A stretch of DNA of 63,748 nucleotides, filler included, from Bigelowiella natans CCMP2755 (lineage: Eukaryota; Protista; Cercozoa): assembly GCA_000320545.1 (NCBI GenBank). It is 5 parts of 5 records of this genome, joined end to end, with 100 filler letters (N's around TTAATTAATTAA, not from the genome) between each part and the next. Parts side by side here need not be neighbours in the genome. Positions count along the whole stretch, not along the records: positions 19,038 to 40,146 come from ADNK01003471.1; positions 40,247 to 50,624 come from ADNK01001262.1; 3 more parts are not named here. One strand, 5' to 3'. The notes under the pieces were generated by a model. It made no database searches, was not told the origin of the DNA, and saw only the letters and a program-made list of their open reading frames with translations. Position 1 is the first letter of the stretch, and each line of letters starts with the position of its first letter. The translations under genes were made by a program, and so were the position numbers. Positions 27,670 through 41,858 of this stretch are shown here, piece by piece.

Positions 27670-28654
27670 GCTTTCACCACCACAGGCAGCAATGGAGAGA
27701 GTGATAAGTGTATCAAATGATATGGAAGATGCAGAGTTTGTTTCCTGTGTTAGAAGCTTAGCTACGACGGCAGGTTGTTGGAACAACATCATCACGATGA
27801 TGATGATGATGATGATAATGATGACAATGACGATGATGTGCTTGCTCAAAAATCAATACGGATAATTATGATAGTATGTAGGACAGGAGGGAGAGAAAAG
27901 GGGCACATGGGCAGATGAATCCCTATCAGCCTTTTAATATAAAATCTCCTTTTTATTATCATCATCACCATCATCATCGTAATCAGCGCATAATCCATGA
28001 ATAATTAGGAATTGGGTCAATCAGCAGTGGCAGCTCATCGTCAAAAGCATCATGTAGACGTCTGTGCTCAGTTGCTGCGCAACGTCAGTGCTTCTTTACG
28101 TTGTAGTTATATCGTATATGTGTATATTTATGCTGTTTGTCATTGTTATTATGATGGTGACTAAGAATATGAATGATTAAATTAATAAGAGCAACCAATC
28201 CCCTTAAGCTCTTTCTTCCATAGCCTAATCAATGATGCCTACTACCAGCCATTTCAATGCCATTCTCCCCCCCCCTCCCCCCCCACTCTTTCTCTACAAC
28301 ACTACATTTTTTTTTCTCTTTGTTGTTTGTTTCTCAGGGGCAGCATCTGGTCATCTCTCGTCCACCAGCTCCTCCTCTTCCTCCTCCTCCTCCCCCTCCC
28401 CCTCCTCCTCAATATCGTTACTGGAAGAACTAACAGTAGCTGTCAATAAGTTGGAAGTAGCAACTACAATCATGGCTTCTTCTTCTTCCTCCTCCTCCTC
28501 CTCAGCACCTTCTTCTTCCTTCTCACATCCCCACACTGCTACACTCTGCTCGCTCCTAGAGACACGCGTTGTCGCAGCACCTGCAGCAGCAGTAAAAGAA
28601 GGTGAAGGAGGACCAGGAGAAGGTAGTAATGATCATGATGGAAATGAAAAATAC

Positions 28655-28686
<32 letters not shown>

Positions 28687-29142
28687 CTTCTGTTGCTGCC
28701 ACAGCTGCATCATCTGATTGATGTTGGTAATAAAAACAGACACGACGACGACGACGACGACAAAGACAACGACAACAACGGGGAAAAACCTAGAGCAAAT
28801 ACTGGCTCACCAGGTGTTTCGTAATTCACGACGACCTCGTCTTAACATACAAACATATATTACATTGTGAAGTGTAGTTAGAGTCTTCGGAGGATTCATA
28901 TCTTATCATCATCTTGTTCTTATCATTATTCTTCAACCCCCCTCCCCCTACCTCTACATCCTACTCAAACCCACCACCTCAAATAGGCACGCATTGCACT
29001 AGAAGCAGCGAATACTGTATGGGTCTTTGCACAGGTCGTAAGTTATGATGAAGAAGAGAAGAAGAGAAGAGGAGGAGGAGGAGGAGGAGTAGGAGGAGAA
29101 TAAACGGGGAGGGAAGGGTGTTATTATTATTAGAGTTTGTGC

Positions 29143-29174
<32 letters not shown>

Positions 29175-29210
29175 TTCTCTTGAAGTTACACCCCTATTCT
29201 GATATCGTTC

Positions 29211-29241
<31 letters not shown>

Positions 29242-29389
29242 CGTCGTTGGTTACCATGTATCAGGTGCGACACACACCTAAAGCTCATGTAATGCGTATG
29301 CTGTACGCACGCATAGGAGAAGGGGCCAAATCGTTGCCAATCAAATCGGTATTACTATCTCGTATCTATGAGAATAAATGTGCTACATC

Positions 29390-29428
<39 letters not shown>

Positions 29429-31163
29429 GCTGTGTTTGGACTTCTTTTTGTGTTGTTGATGATGATTTTATCTTCTCCCAGGTGGTAAAGCTGTTTTGGT
29501 CAATGGCACGCCTCTCTGCGAAATGGCCGGTTAGATCATCATGTTCTTCTTCGTCTTCGCTATTACTACTATTAGTAGCACTAGTAACAGTAGTATTAGT
29601 TCCATTTGTACCACATGCATAGTATTATATAACACACAGCCCTTTCACTGCTACTGTTGCACTTCTATTTGCATAAATCCCTTGAATTTGCGAAATTAAC
29701 ATATGTACGTGTCTATAAAAAAGATCAAATATTGACTTCTACTACTATTATCACTACTACTACTACTACTACTACTACTACACATATGCTGCTGCAGTGA
29801 TAAAAGCTAAGATAATGCTATATATTGCATGATCAGGTCGGATTGGTGCGTAGTTTGCAAGAAAATGTAGCATCTGCTCACCCAAAAGCCTTGACTCCAG
29901 GTGGTATTGCTGGTTACTGCATCTGCCAACAGAGTTGCTATGATAACGATAACGATAACAGCAGAACCTTATATTTATTCAGACACAACACAGTAAAACA
30001 ACCAATACTGCACAGTATCATCATTATTATCACCATCATCATCATCATTATCATCATTATTATCATCATAATTGTCACTGGTGAAGTCGCTACAATCTTG
30101 TTGATGACGATTCGAAAAGCTTATATTATATCATTATTAACACTATTAATCATCATCATCATTATCATGATTATGATCATCATCACAGGGCTTGTTGGCA
30201 CTATGCTGTGGTCTCTTGCAAAAACTAAGTATCAGGTACTACACACACACACACGCGCGCGCGCACAACTATGCTGCTGCTGCTGCTGCTGCTGCTCTGT
30301 AAGATCTTGTTGATGTTCTTCTACTAGGTAATATAGACCTCCATCAACTCTGTTAATATGTAATAAATATTATTAGGCTATATCGGCTGAATTCATAGAT
30401 GCGACGGAAAAGTGTATTGTCAATGCCGGCTCCTCCTCCTCCCCCTCCTCATCGTCGTCATCATCATCGTCGTCAACACCCGTACAGTCTAGGGAAAAAC
30501 TTGACTCTTATGCCGTGTCGCAGACACTCTGGGGGTACTATTATTCAATTACGTGATGATTCGTATTTGCAGCAGTGATGTGTTGATCCCCTTTCAATCA
30601 CAAACATCTTACTACCATCATCGTCATCATTGTCACCACCATCATAATACCATCCTCCTCCTCCTCCTCCTCATCATCATCAGGTGGGCCAGCTTACAAC
30701 ACCATCCTCAGCAGGAGACATTGGATCTACTAGAAGACAAAGTATTCATTACCAGCTTCTTTCATATACAACCCTACACATGCACACAAATACACAAGGG
30801 AGGGGGGGAAAGAGGTGGGAAAAAATTGGAATCAATGGTGCTGTTTGCAATTATCAGGTGGAGAAAAATTTAAACCGGCTGCAACCAACAAACATCGCCA
30901 ATACGCTCTGGGCATTTGCACGGTACTACTTCTGTTTGCAGCAGCACTTCTCATTTGATGAAGATGGTAATAATGCGTTTTGATCCCCATCGATTAGGTT
31001 GGGTCATACACCTAAGATGCCACTACTCCATGCACTTGAAGAACAATCAGAGGTAGTAGTAGTAATAATATAGAAAGGAAATGATATTAAGTTCCTGCGC
31101 GAAGAATGTGATAGTATCTTATCATCATACCGATAATATCATCATATGTACTGATACAAACAC

Positions 31164-31227
<64 letters not shown>

Positions 31228-31304
31228 GATGAACGTGATGGTGAGACATTTTGAATAGTCATCATTTTTATATATGTAATCGATCAAACAAAAATACTTA
31301 ATTG

Positions 31305-31335
<31 letters not shown>

Positions 31336-31521
31336 CACTACAGGCAAAGGGAATCTCTCGATTATCACCCCAAAACATTGGGGAAATGCTATGGGCCTTT
31401 GGTAGGATGGACTACAGGTACACTAGTAGTAGTATCAACATGTTCTTGTTATAGTAATATATACTTGTAACGCTCAGTAGAGAATTAGTACGGTGATGAT
31501 TGATGATGACAACAATCACAT

Positions 31522-31565
<44 letters not shown>

Positions 31566-31835
31566 ATGATGATAATATGTTTGAACAAAGGCCTGGAATA
31601 TCATTTCTAAACGAGATTGAGACCAGGGCATACGCTATCAAGGAGGTGCAGATACATTGTATAATATATATATATATATATATATATTGGTGGTAGTGAT
31701 GATGACGATGATGACGATGATGACGATGATGACGATGATGATAGGGTTTCTCTGCTCGAGACGTATCAAACACCATATGGGCCTATGGGAAACTATCTGC
31801 TCTTCCAGGATCGGTAGTGCTAGTTACTATTAGTT

Positions 31836-31867
<32 letters not shown>

Positions 31868-32001
31868 CCCATTACTACTACAACTACTACTACTACTAAT
31901 ACTACTACCACTACTCCTCTCGAGAAATTGAGAAAGAATCAATCACCATTGAGTTGTTCAATATCCGGATGATCTACCAAAACACATTTGCAGCAAGCAC
32001 G

Positions 32002-32035
<34 letters not shown>

Positions 32036-32870
32036 CATCATCATCATCATTAGGCTCTATCCTCAAGTCTAGAGCAGAGCGTCAGCCTTAATCTGGAACG
32101 CTTCACCTCCCAAGACCTCGTCAACCTGCTATGGGGTATGAATCAATGTATGCATGTATGGATGGTGTATCATCGATGTACAATAATATCACTGCTACCA
32201 CCACCACGATCACCATCATATCACAGTTGTAGTAGTAGTTACGTATTATACCTCTCGAGAGTACAACAAGACGAAGAGTACATACGATAGGATACGATAA
32301 CAACTGTGGAATAGGGTGTATACAGGAGGAGCCAAGAATCGATCTAATGTTCTTCTTCTTCTTCCATGATGATATAATAGGCTATGCGAAATTGTCATTT
32401 GTACCTGGCGGTGGATCACCTGGTAGTAAGGCCTGTGAGGGGGGGCTTGAGGGAGGCTATGGACGATAGAATAATAATGATGATGATGATAAGGAGGAGG
32501 AGGAGGAGGAGGAGGAGGATGATGAAAATCACAGCATATAAAATGATAGCAAACAACTTACATCTATCATGCTCATTTTATATATTGTTTGAATAAATAT
32601 AACTGTGCTTGAACGAAGCACATGCCCTCTAATAGATAAGCTTAATACTTCAACCAATATATCTCGGTAGTACTTGCAAATCGGTTCTTAATATAACCTG
32701 CTTCCACATGTATGTACACTGATACAGACGAAAGCACTCTGCTACTATCGCTCTACGACAAGGTGCAAACAATTACTCAGTGACCAAGAAGAAGATGAAG
32801 AAGAAGAAGAAGAAGAAGAAGACAAGAAGAACCAGAACCAAATGATGCCATATTATTTCATGTTGTCAAT

Positions 32871-32905
<35 letters not shown>

Positions 32906-34202
32906 TTCATAACCCTCTTGCTAAAGGTTCATAACCAGTTAAGGAGTTTCAGTGGACAAGGTGGTGACAGCAGTTGATCCTATACATACAATATATAGTA
33001 CTCAAACAACACCTATTAGTAGTAGTAGTAGTATTGGATTGATGGTTGCTTACTAGTAGTACATGGAAAAAAGATGATGTTCTTGGCATTATGCTACAAC
33101 TACCACGATTAGACAGCTGTTTACTAGTAGTATAGAGATCAAAGATGTTTGTTGTTGTTGTTAGCATTTTCTCCTTTTTCTCCTTTTTCTTCTTTTTCGT
33201 CTTATTTATTTGTTGTGATGACTAATCAGGAGTGTCATCGTTATTGTGGGCTTTTGCCCGTTTGAAGTTCAATCCAGCTGTAAAGGCTGGTACTGGTGCC
33301 AAAGCGTCTTCTTCTTCTTCTTCTTCTTCTTCTTCTTCTATCGTTCAACAATCGTCTGTGGGCGAGCGAAACAATCGCCTCGACGCCATAAGCAAGCAGG
33401 TACATCATCCGTACAATTTTATTACTACTTATTATACAGCTATAAAAATTAAGCTTCTGTAAAAAAGGTTTGGTGGAAAATTCTACATATTTTTATGATC
33501 GCACATGTAGCACCAGAGGGTGTCTGTATTGTGTGCTTTTCAACAATAGTTGATAAATCCAGCGAGCAATGCTGCAAGAACCTTATGATCGATGATGATG
33601 ATGATGATAAATTGCTTTTATAGTTTACTTACTTCGTCGGCATATCGTTGGTTCAATCACTTTTTATCATTAACATTATCATCTTTATTAGTAGTTGTAT
33701 TAGTACTACCTTCATCGTAATCTTCATTTTTCTCATGACTATCAGTATCATCATCATCGTCATCATCATCATTTCTTCTTCTTCTTGTTCTTCTTATTCG
33801 AGTGTTGACATGCTGTTCTTCCTACTAGATTCTTGTCAACGTGGATCATCTAGACAGCATTGAAGTAACAAAACAACAATATCAATAATAGAACTAACTG
33901 CGACAACGAAGAGTAAAGAACTTATAATTGCTGTTTATACGTCCAACATCTACTGTTCCTACTCCCACTTGTGAAAAGAAGAGGCTCCTTCATCAACACA
34001 GCATAATTATCATTCATCATCATCTTCATCTTCATCTTCTTCTTCTTCTTGTTTCAGGTAACCAATATTTTATGGTCCTTTCCCCAGTTGCAGTTCAGAC
34101 CGAAAGACACCGTTTTAGCGGCATTAGAGGTATCAACTGTCACGTGGGTTCATCACACCCTTAAGACTGTATGTGGTACAATGCACGAGAATGCATTGAT
34201 GG

Positions 34203-34237
<35 letters not shown>

Positions 34238-35403
34238 CAAATGAGAGGGAGGAAGGAAGGAGGGAAGGAAGTTTAATGAAATATTTTGATGATTGAGGCA
34301 TTTCATCCTATTCTTATTCTACTAATACTCCTACCTCTATTTCCTCAATTTATTCATCATCTGCTAACCTATCTCTGCTGCTACTGATGATAGTGATACA
34401 AAAGAACTCTTAACAAACTATACTACTTGTCGTGATTTTGATGATGGGATAGGCTCAGGCAATGTCCCAGGTTTCGGATTTTGATGCCCGAAATGTAGCT
34501 ACGCTACTAAGTGCATTTGCAAAGCTTGCATATCCCCCTCAGACTCATCTCATGAGAAGGTGTGTGTGTGTGTGTGTGTCAGGAAGATACAGAGAATATA
34601 GAGGCCTCGTCTGATGAAATATGTCGTTCTTAAAATTGTCTTTGTTAAGTGTCCTCGTGTCCTCTATCTTATCTTTTAACTCCTCCTTCATTCCTTCTCC
34701 TCTTTCTATCAGATTAGAGCAGCATGCCTACACTGAGATCGAGTTATTCGACTCTCAAGCTGTAGCTAATCTCTTCTGGGCCTTTGCAAAGCTAGGGTAT
34801 TTCCTTGTTATCAACTAAAGCAGCAGCACCCACGAACTGTCTGCTTGTATTTATCACCCACAACACAATATTTGATACAACAACAACATCAACTACTGAT
34901 GGTGGAAGTGCATATTGCAACCGCCTCTGCCTAATCTCCCCTCTCGCACCCATCATGATTATGATAGCTATGATTATCACGATTGTTAGGTATAAGCCTG
35001 GAGTTGATCTTGTGCAGGCAATGGAAGGTAGGAAGTTTTGAGAGTGTTCTATCGATCAGTTGCTGCTGCTGCTGCTGCACAGTTGTTGTTGTTGTTGATA
35101 ATGGTGTTGTTGTTGTGCTCGCTCATGTTTAAAACAATAACTACTTCGTCGTCATCATCATCATCATCATCATTATTATCTTTATCATCGCTGCTACTTT
35201 GATTCAGGCTGCATTGAAAGGCAGATCGAGTCATTCAATTCCCAAGGCATAAGTAACATGCTGTGGGCATGGAATAAGCTGCATCACACACCAGGAGAAT
35301 CTGTCACTCAAGCTATTCTTAAACGCACTTCGACCTCGTCAATGAGTTTTCGCCGATGGGTGTTGCTAACTCACTTTATGGGTATTATGATGATATTGCT
35401 GCT

Positions 35404-35434
<31 letters not shown>

Positions 35435-35821
35435 ATGATGGTAGTAACACTAGCTGATTACGTCGTCATTCACATCACACATATCCGCAGATTCAGTAAG
35501 CTTGGAGTTATCGTGCCACCCCTCCTTCTTGACTTATTTGAGAAGAGAGCAGGGGATGCAATGGCACAATTCACACCTCAGGCCATAGCCATATCTCTCA
35601 CAGGTACTACTTGTTGTTCTTTACAGAGAAGAACACCAGGAAAAACCGATAATACCTTAGGATGCGACTTTTTAAGATGTGTGTTGTGCGGTGTGGTGGG
35701 ATGGGAGAGACATCTTGTTTTTATGTTTATTTACAGCCTTTCGAAAACTGAATCACCCTCTCTCGCGAAAGACCTTGGATGGTATAATAGTCATTACGTC
35801 TTCACATACACTCGCATGGTG

Positions 35822-35885
<64 letters not shown>

Positions 35886-36112
35886 AATTCTACTAGTGGT
35901 CATCATACGTCTCTTATAAGAAGATAGAGAGTCATAAAGGAAGGACTTTTGGTAGATCTTCCTCCTCGTCGTCCTCCTCCTCCTCCTCACTTGAAACGAT
36001 GCAATGAAATCAGGTTTTCAACGGCGTGCAGTGGCCTTAGCAGCTTCTACCAAGCCATCCGAGAAGACTACAATCCTTAGCAGCTTAGATCGAATGGGGG
36101 TAGGAAGGAAGG

Positions 36113-36144
<32 letters not shown>

Positions 36145-36288
36145 TAGCAGCAACCATTTGGAGTCGTAGTCGTAGTAGTAGTAGTAGTAGTAGTTGTTGT
36201 TGTTGTTGCAGTTGTAGAATAAGTGAACCAACAAAGACAAATGTTTAAGATTTGTTTGTGATATGTTTTATGATATGTGTTTGTGTGC

Positions 36289-36330
<42 letters not shown>

Positions 36331-36340
36331 GAGAGAGAGA

Positions 36341-36383
<43 letters not shown>

Positions 36384-37756
36384 TTTGCATTTTATTTCTC
36401 ATACACCTTCCCCCTACCCTCCTCCTCACTCTCCCCCTCGTGATCGATCTTATTTATTACCTCTCCCTGTATAAGGTGACTCCCTCCAGAGACCTGATAA
36501 CAGCCTATGAGGCGGCAACAAACCGTGCCATCAGTTCCCTTGATAGCGACGATGCATCGGAGCTGCTTTGGGCTTTAGCCAGACTAGGTGAGGAGTTTGT
36601 GTAACACACACTTCACAAGTATAGTAACCTAAATAACAAGAGGCGACAACAAACAGACAACCAACTACAATGAGTGATGATTAACATCAAAACTAATCTT
36701 ATCTATTAAAAAGGCCATCGTCCAAGTAACAGCCTCTTTGCAGCACTTGAGGAGGTAGTAGTAAATATAGGGAGGTGATAATGAAGATGATGATGATGAT
36801 GATGATGATGATGACAAGAGGAGAGATATAGACATCAACGGCGTTATCGATCTTTCACCGTTTGCGGAGATGGAGATGTTTGTGTTCAGATATTGATAAA
36901 TAACGACTATGTTCTACTAATTGCGTACTACTCAATAACTACTAATTACAATACACTGTAATGTCGTTTGTAGGCTCTGGCTACTCACATAAATCATATC
37001 AGCAGCGACGACGTTGCAGGGGTGATGATGATGATGATATTGATGATGATAATGATGATGATGATGATGATGATGATGAAATAAGTCATTTCGACTATGC
37101 TAAAGGTAGTATTTATCAACATGATTACATACGTATATTCAAGCACAAGTTTAGAAGGTAAGGACAACCAGTCGTTGCTATAATTATAGCGATCATAATC
37201 ATAATCATAGTCCTCCTAATCATCACCGTTTCGATCATTGTTTCAACGATACGTTCAGGTATGGTGGGCATTGGCTCGCATTAAAGCAGAACCTTCTGTC
37301 GGATTTTTAAGGTATGTAGCTAAGGGAGGAGGAGGCAGGAGAAAGGGGGGGGGATAGTTTGTGATGCCATGCTGCCGCCTCCTTTCCTTTTTGTGATATG
37401 AGTAACGTTTGTTCTCGGGCACATAAAATCAGGATCTTGGAACAAAGGACGTTTGAAGTACAGAAGGTTTTGCTGCCTCGATAGTAGTCACGATTCGAAA
37501 CGATGGATATTTCTTACATAATGACCAACATAAAGTCTATGATGTGCACGCAAATGACTTGCGCCCTGCTGTTACATTTGCGTAATATCCCCTCACTTTA
37601 CATATTCACCATTGATCTCATCAGAACTATCATTATCATCATTATCATCATTTCTATAAATTTCAGTCTCTGAGCGAAAATGAGCTGAAGGACGTTCGTT
37701 GGGCGATTTCAAAGATGCCACATGTAGATTCTAACTTATTTTCGAAGCTAGCGTAA
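23388..37756 (+). CDS. OPR/HPR-like alpha-helical repeat protein (~18 repeats) with putative signal + transit peptide; roughly 40 introns
   Basis: Repeats include LQPTNIANTLWAFARLGHTP, LSPQNIGEMLWAFGRMDYRP, FSARDVSNTIWAYGKL, FDSQAVANLFWAFAKLGYKP, FNSQGISNMLWAWNKLHHTP and LDSDDASELLWALARLGHRP. N-terminus MTTTTTSFPAVLVALTTLSIFTTPVKSLP is followed by a Ser/Arg/His-rich stretch. Ends ...NLFSKLA*. Confidence 0.85.
23646..23806. repeat. Long compound microsatellite, (TTC)n then (CAT)n, in the first OPR intron
   Basis: About 120 nt of TTC units followed by CAT units. Confidence 0.95.
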
Positions 37757-38415
37757 TTATGCAGTAGAATATCATCTTACCTACTGCATTATCTCACGAT
37801 CATGTAAATATCAACATCATTGCTTACAAGCTACGCTCAGAAGAAAATCTTGTTCTCGTGTTTCTGAAACTCGCATTACGCAGATTTTGCTTAAAAATGA
37901 AGATGTTGACTATGTACATTGCTATGGTGTCATTGGCAGCACATAGTAATAGCTAGATAGCTCGCATAACTACATGTCAAGATGGAAAGTCCACTCGTCC
38001 AATTCACTGCATTTTGTCACATTCTACACCTTCATGGGGCGGTAATCGCCCATATGCAGTGAGCGGCATACAAAGCACACTTCGCTGCTGGGCATCATTT
38101 GCATCTTGACACACATGCTGCAATGTTTCACAAGATGTCACAAAGACTACTGTGTGTGTTCTGTTTTGCTGTGTTCACAATGGATGCCAATGTTGTTGCA
38201 TGTGCCAGTGCACATCTGCGACAAAGATACAGCAGTAACGTGACCAACAGCTAGCTGCGACTTTGCTAATAGGAGCCATTAAGCACAGGCTCAATGAGCT
38301 ACAGATGCTACAAAGCTGGTTATTGTTTATCAGTGCGTGTGGCTGCATAACATAAATGATTTCTGCAACCGCATCACACAGAGCACAGTAGCGTATGCTA
38401 CAAAGACAATTACTT

Positions 38416-39000
38416 CTATGGACTCATCCAACGAATCCTCTGAGGGACATCGTAAGGGATGATTTTATCTGTTTTTACTGTATCTTGTTCTAACACCTCA
38501 CCTCCTCTCTTATCTACTACAACATCATTACTTATTGGTGTGCTCAAAGAAGAAATGTCCTTTATTTCCATGTCACGTTCAGGCTGCTTGGTTTCTTGTA
38601 CCAGCAGCGATTTTCCTTGTCGTCTTGTCATCTTTCTCGCAACACCAACACCGTCTGAAATGATATTATGTCACACAGTCATGAATAATAAACCCCAACC
38701 AAAGCTGCATGTGCATGATGAATGCAGTGGGATATCATCGCATAAGGAATAAACTATTCAAATAGGAGAACAACATTTTTTCCTCCTCCTTTTCCAATCC
38801 TTCTCTCTCCTCATTCCTGGTGCTATTACAACAATAATATACGTCTTTCGAATATTACCAGAAGCAGCCTTTAATGGACCTTCAGTCAAGACTGAGACTC
38901 GCCCTCCCCTCCTTCTGTGATAGTAAGACGTAGGATCGAGTAGGGATGCCAGTCCCTCATCATGGTTTGCTGATGATGTTTCTGCTGCTGTTGCTGCTGC

Positions 39001-39034
<34 letters not shown>

Positions 39035-39229
39035 CTAGTGCTAGCATTACTTTGGTGCTGGTGCTGCTGCTGTTTGGATGATTTCCATGGTAGCGATGAT
39101 GATGATGATGACTGTGATCTCCTCCTCCTCCTCCTCCATGGTAGCGATGATGATGATGACTGTGAACTCCTCCTCCTCCTGTCCTGCTGCTGCTGTTGTT
39201 GTGGCCATTGTGATGCGGTATCATCATTG

Positions 39230-39266
<37 letters not shown>

Positions 39267-39573
39267 AAGATTGCCGGAGGAGCATGGGTTCATCATGGCC
39301 CTGTACCGTGGATGGGCGAGAAGAAGGGGGGGGTACTGGTAATAATATCTGCTGCTGCTGCTGTGTGCATGTAACACTTGATTGCTGCCGACTCATTTGT
39401 GGCGTTGGTACTACGCTAAAATTGTGGTCCAAAGCAACACCAACACCAACACCAACACCACCAGCAGTAGTAGCAGTAGCAGTATTTGTCTGCGGGCAGA
39501 TAGTGCTGCTGCTGCTATCACGCTGCTGCTGCTGCTGCTGCTGCTGTTGACGATGGTCGTTATACAGCCGCTT

Positions 39574-39609
<36 letters not shown>

Positions 39610-39690
39610 CTCATGAGAAGGTAGTTGGTGTTGGTTGTGACTGATGATGATGCTGCCACGGATTGATGGTGAAGGAAGGATTGAGCTTTT

Positions 39691-39722
<32 letters not shown>

Positions 39723-40100
39723 TACTCTCAAACATCTTGTTATTGTTCAGCCAAATTTGCCATATTTTACATGTATCACAGTGGTGGCAAACACCGTTTC
39801 CCCCTTCTTCTTCTCCTCCTCCTCCTCCTTTGCTAGCAGCAGCAGCAGCATCAGTAGAAGGCTGTTTGGTCTCTTTATCAACCCCCTCATTCCTTAGCCT
39901 CTCCTCCTCCTCCTCCTCCTCCTCCTCCTCCTCCTCCATGATTTTGTGCGGCTGCTGATTATTACAGTGATAATAGCTGTATGTCTTCAGAAATATGGAA
40001 ACTGCACGAATTCTTGCCAAAAGCGCATGCTTATGCTCCAGGGAGGAGGAGGAGGAGGAGGAAGAGGTTCTGTTTGGTTTGTACTGTAATTGACTCAACA
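38416..40100 (-). CDS. Hypothetical low-complexity protein (poly-H/Q/S/T/E), 3' portion; 5' end in gap
   Basis: 446-codon open frame at 38758-40098 that stays open through many triplet repeats, plus a terminal exon ending ...QRIRWMSP*. Confidence 0.55.
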
Positions 40101-40146
40101 GCTGGTGCCTAAGTGTGTGTGTGTGTGTGTGTGTGGGTGGGGGGGG

Positions 40147-40246
40147 NNNNNNNNNNNNNNNNNNNNNNNNNNNNNNNNNNNNNNNNNNNNTTAATTAATT
40201 AANNNNNNNNNNNNNNNNNNNNNNNNNNNNNNNNNNNNNNNNNNNN
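40147..40246. other. Assembly gap with artificial linker
   Basis: N-TTAATTAATTAA-N, 100 nt. Confidence 0.97.
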
Positions 40247-40253
40247 GTGTGTG

Positions 40254-40299
<46 letters not shown>

Positions 40300-40310
<11 letters not shown>

Positions 40311-40644
40311 AAGAGGAAGGGAACGTGTTTGGTCGAGCTCTGAGGACTATTCTTCTTTGTCACCATCATCATCGTCATCATCACTACACCCCCATGCTAC
40401 CACCACCACCACCACTACTACTACTATTACTACTACTACCCCTTCTGCCTTCTTGAAGATCCGGCACATGTGCATGAGCGCCGTCATCCCTAATAACGAC
40501 GTTGTTGGTGTCATTGTTGTTATTACCACCGTCAACACACGGCCTATCTATTGCCATCACTATGGCATAATTGTGGTGGGACAACGTCGCTAGATCATCA
40601 ATCAACCGTATTCTTCACACGCATATTCGGAATGGTAGAAACAC

Positions 40645-40682
<38 letters not shown>

Positions 40683-41858
40683 GCGCGCGCAACAGTCGTC
40701 GCTTTGGGGTCGAACGACATAGCCGTCAGCGTCATATATACTTCTTTTGAGACGAAAGCCTCGAAAGTGGTGTAATGCACTATTTCATCATTGTCAGAAG
40801 TGCTGTTAGATGTGCGCACGCAACCCTGCTTATCCGCTGCCTGTACTTGTCCCGCGAAGATCCCAGATTTGTTTTGGAGCACCGCGGCAGCTGCGCCTCG
40901 GCCACCATGCTTCACCTCTGCGGTGCATTGGGTCTGCACGAATTCGTACACTTCTCTAGGAATCTTCTGCAAATTTACGTGAAGGATGTTCATTCGTATC
41001 AGTACTTCCATAACATCGTTTTATAGTGGAGGTGGTAGGTATGATGATAATGATATTTGAAGACCCCCGTGTTGTTTGAGAAGTCCTCTATGACCGGAGA
41101 TGCAAATAGAGGATGCGTGGGTGCAAGTATTTATATTTGTGTTGAAAAAAATTGCGTTCAAAATTGAAAGCAGTTATCATCATCATTCCTCCTTCGTCAG
41201 AATCCTGAATTTATCGCTTCTGACACACCTGCGCGTTAGATTTGAAGCCGTCGATGAAGAAATGAAAGCACGTCCATCCCCCTGTATCTTTGGCATCGAT
41301 AATCTTTTGATGGTTCTAAGAGGGGGTGGGAACGAGAAGGGGGAGTGAGGGTTGGCTATGATGATCAAGAATGGGGCGATAACAACCACTAAATATCCTT
41401 CCCCTCCCCCTTTTCCTCCGTTTACCTGGACAAGGTAGCTGATGAGATCCAGGTCATGGTTTTGGCATGCACGGTGAAGAATTGTCCTATATTCCTAAGA
41501 AGGGAATTGGTGTGATGACAAACACGGTACGGATGATGATGATGATGATGATGGTGATGGTGATGATGATCTGTGAACAGCAAAAATCGCACGTGAGGGC
41601 CGTTGTATGCATTACGATTGGAAGGACATACCACGTCACGTTGGTCGACGAGATAGCTGTTCTGCTCTAGAAACTTCTTTACACTCGACACATTGTTCTA
41701 AGGAATACAAGACAATGAGGAAGACAGACGGGGAAGGATAACTATCAGCGATGTGATTCACATTTTGTTGGGGCACAGTCCCCATGTGCAACATCAGAAG
41801 GTCCCACGATAACCTTCTGACTGGCCTTCTTAAAAAGTTCTTTCGCCTTCGGATCCAT
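40300..41858 (-). CDS. Ankyrin-repeat protein, 5' portion
   Basis: MDPKAKELFKKASQK|..VSSVKKFLEQNSYLVDQRD|EYRTILHRACQNHDLDLISYLVQ|NHQKIIDAKDTGGWTCFHF...; later GMTALMHMCR. Confidence 0.75.
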
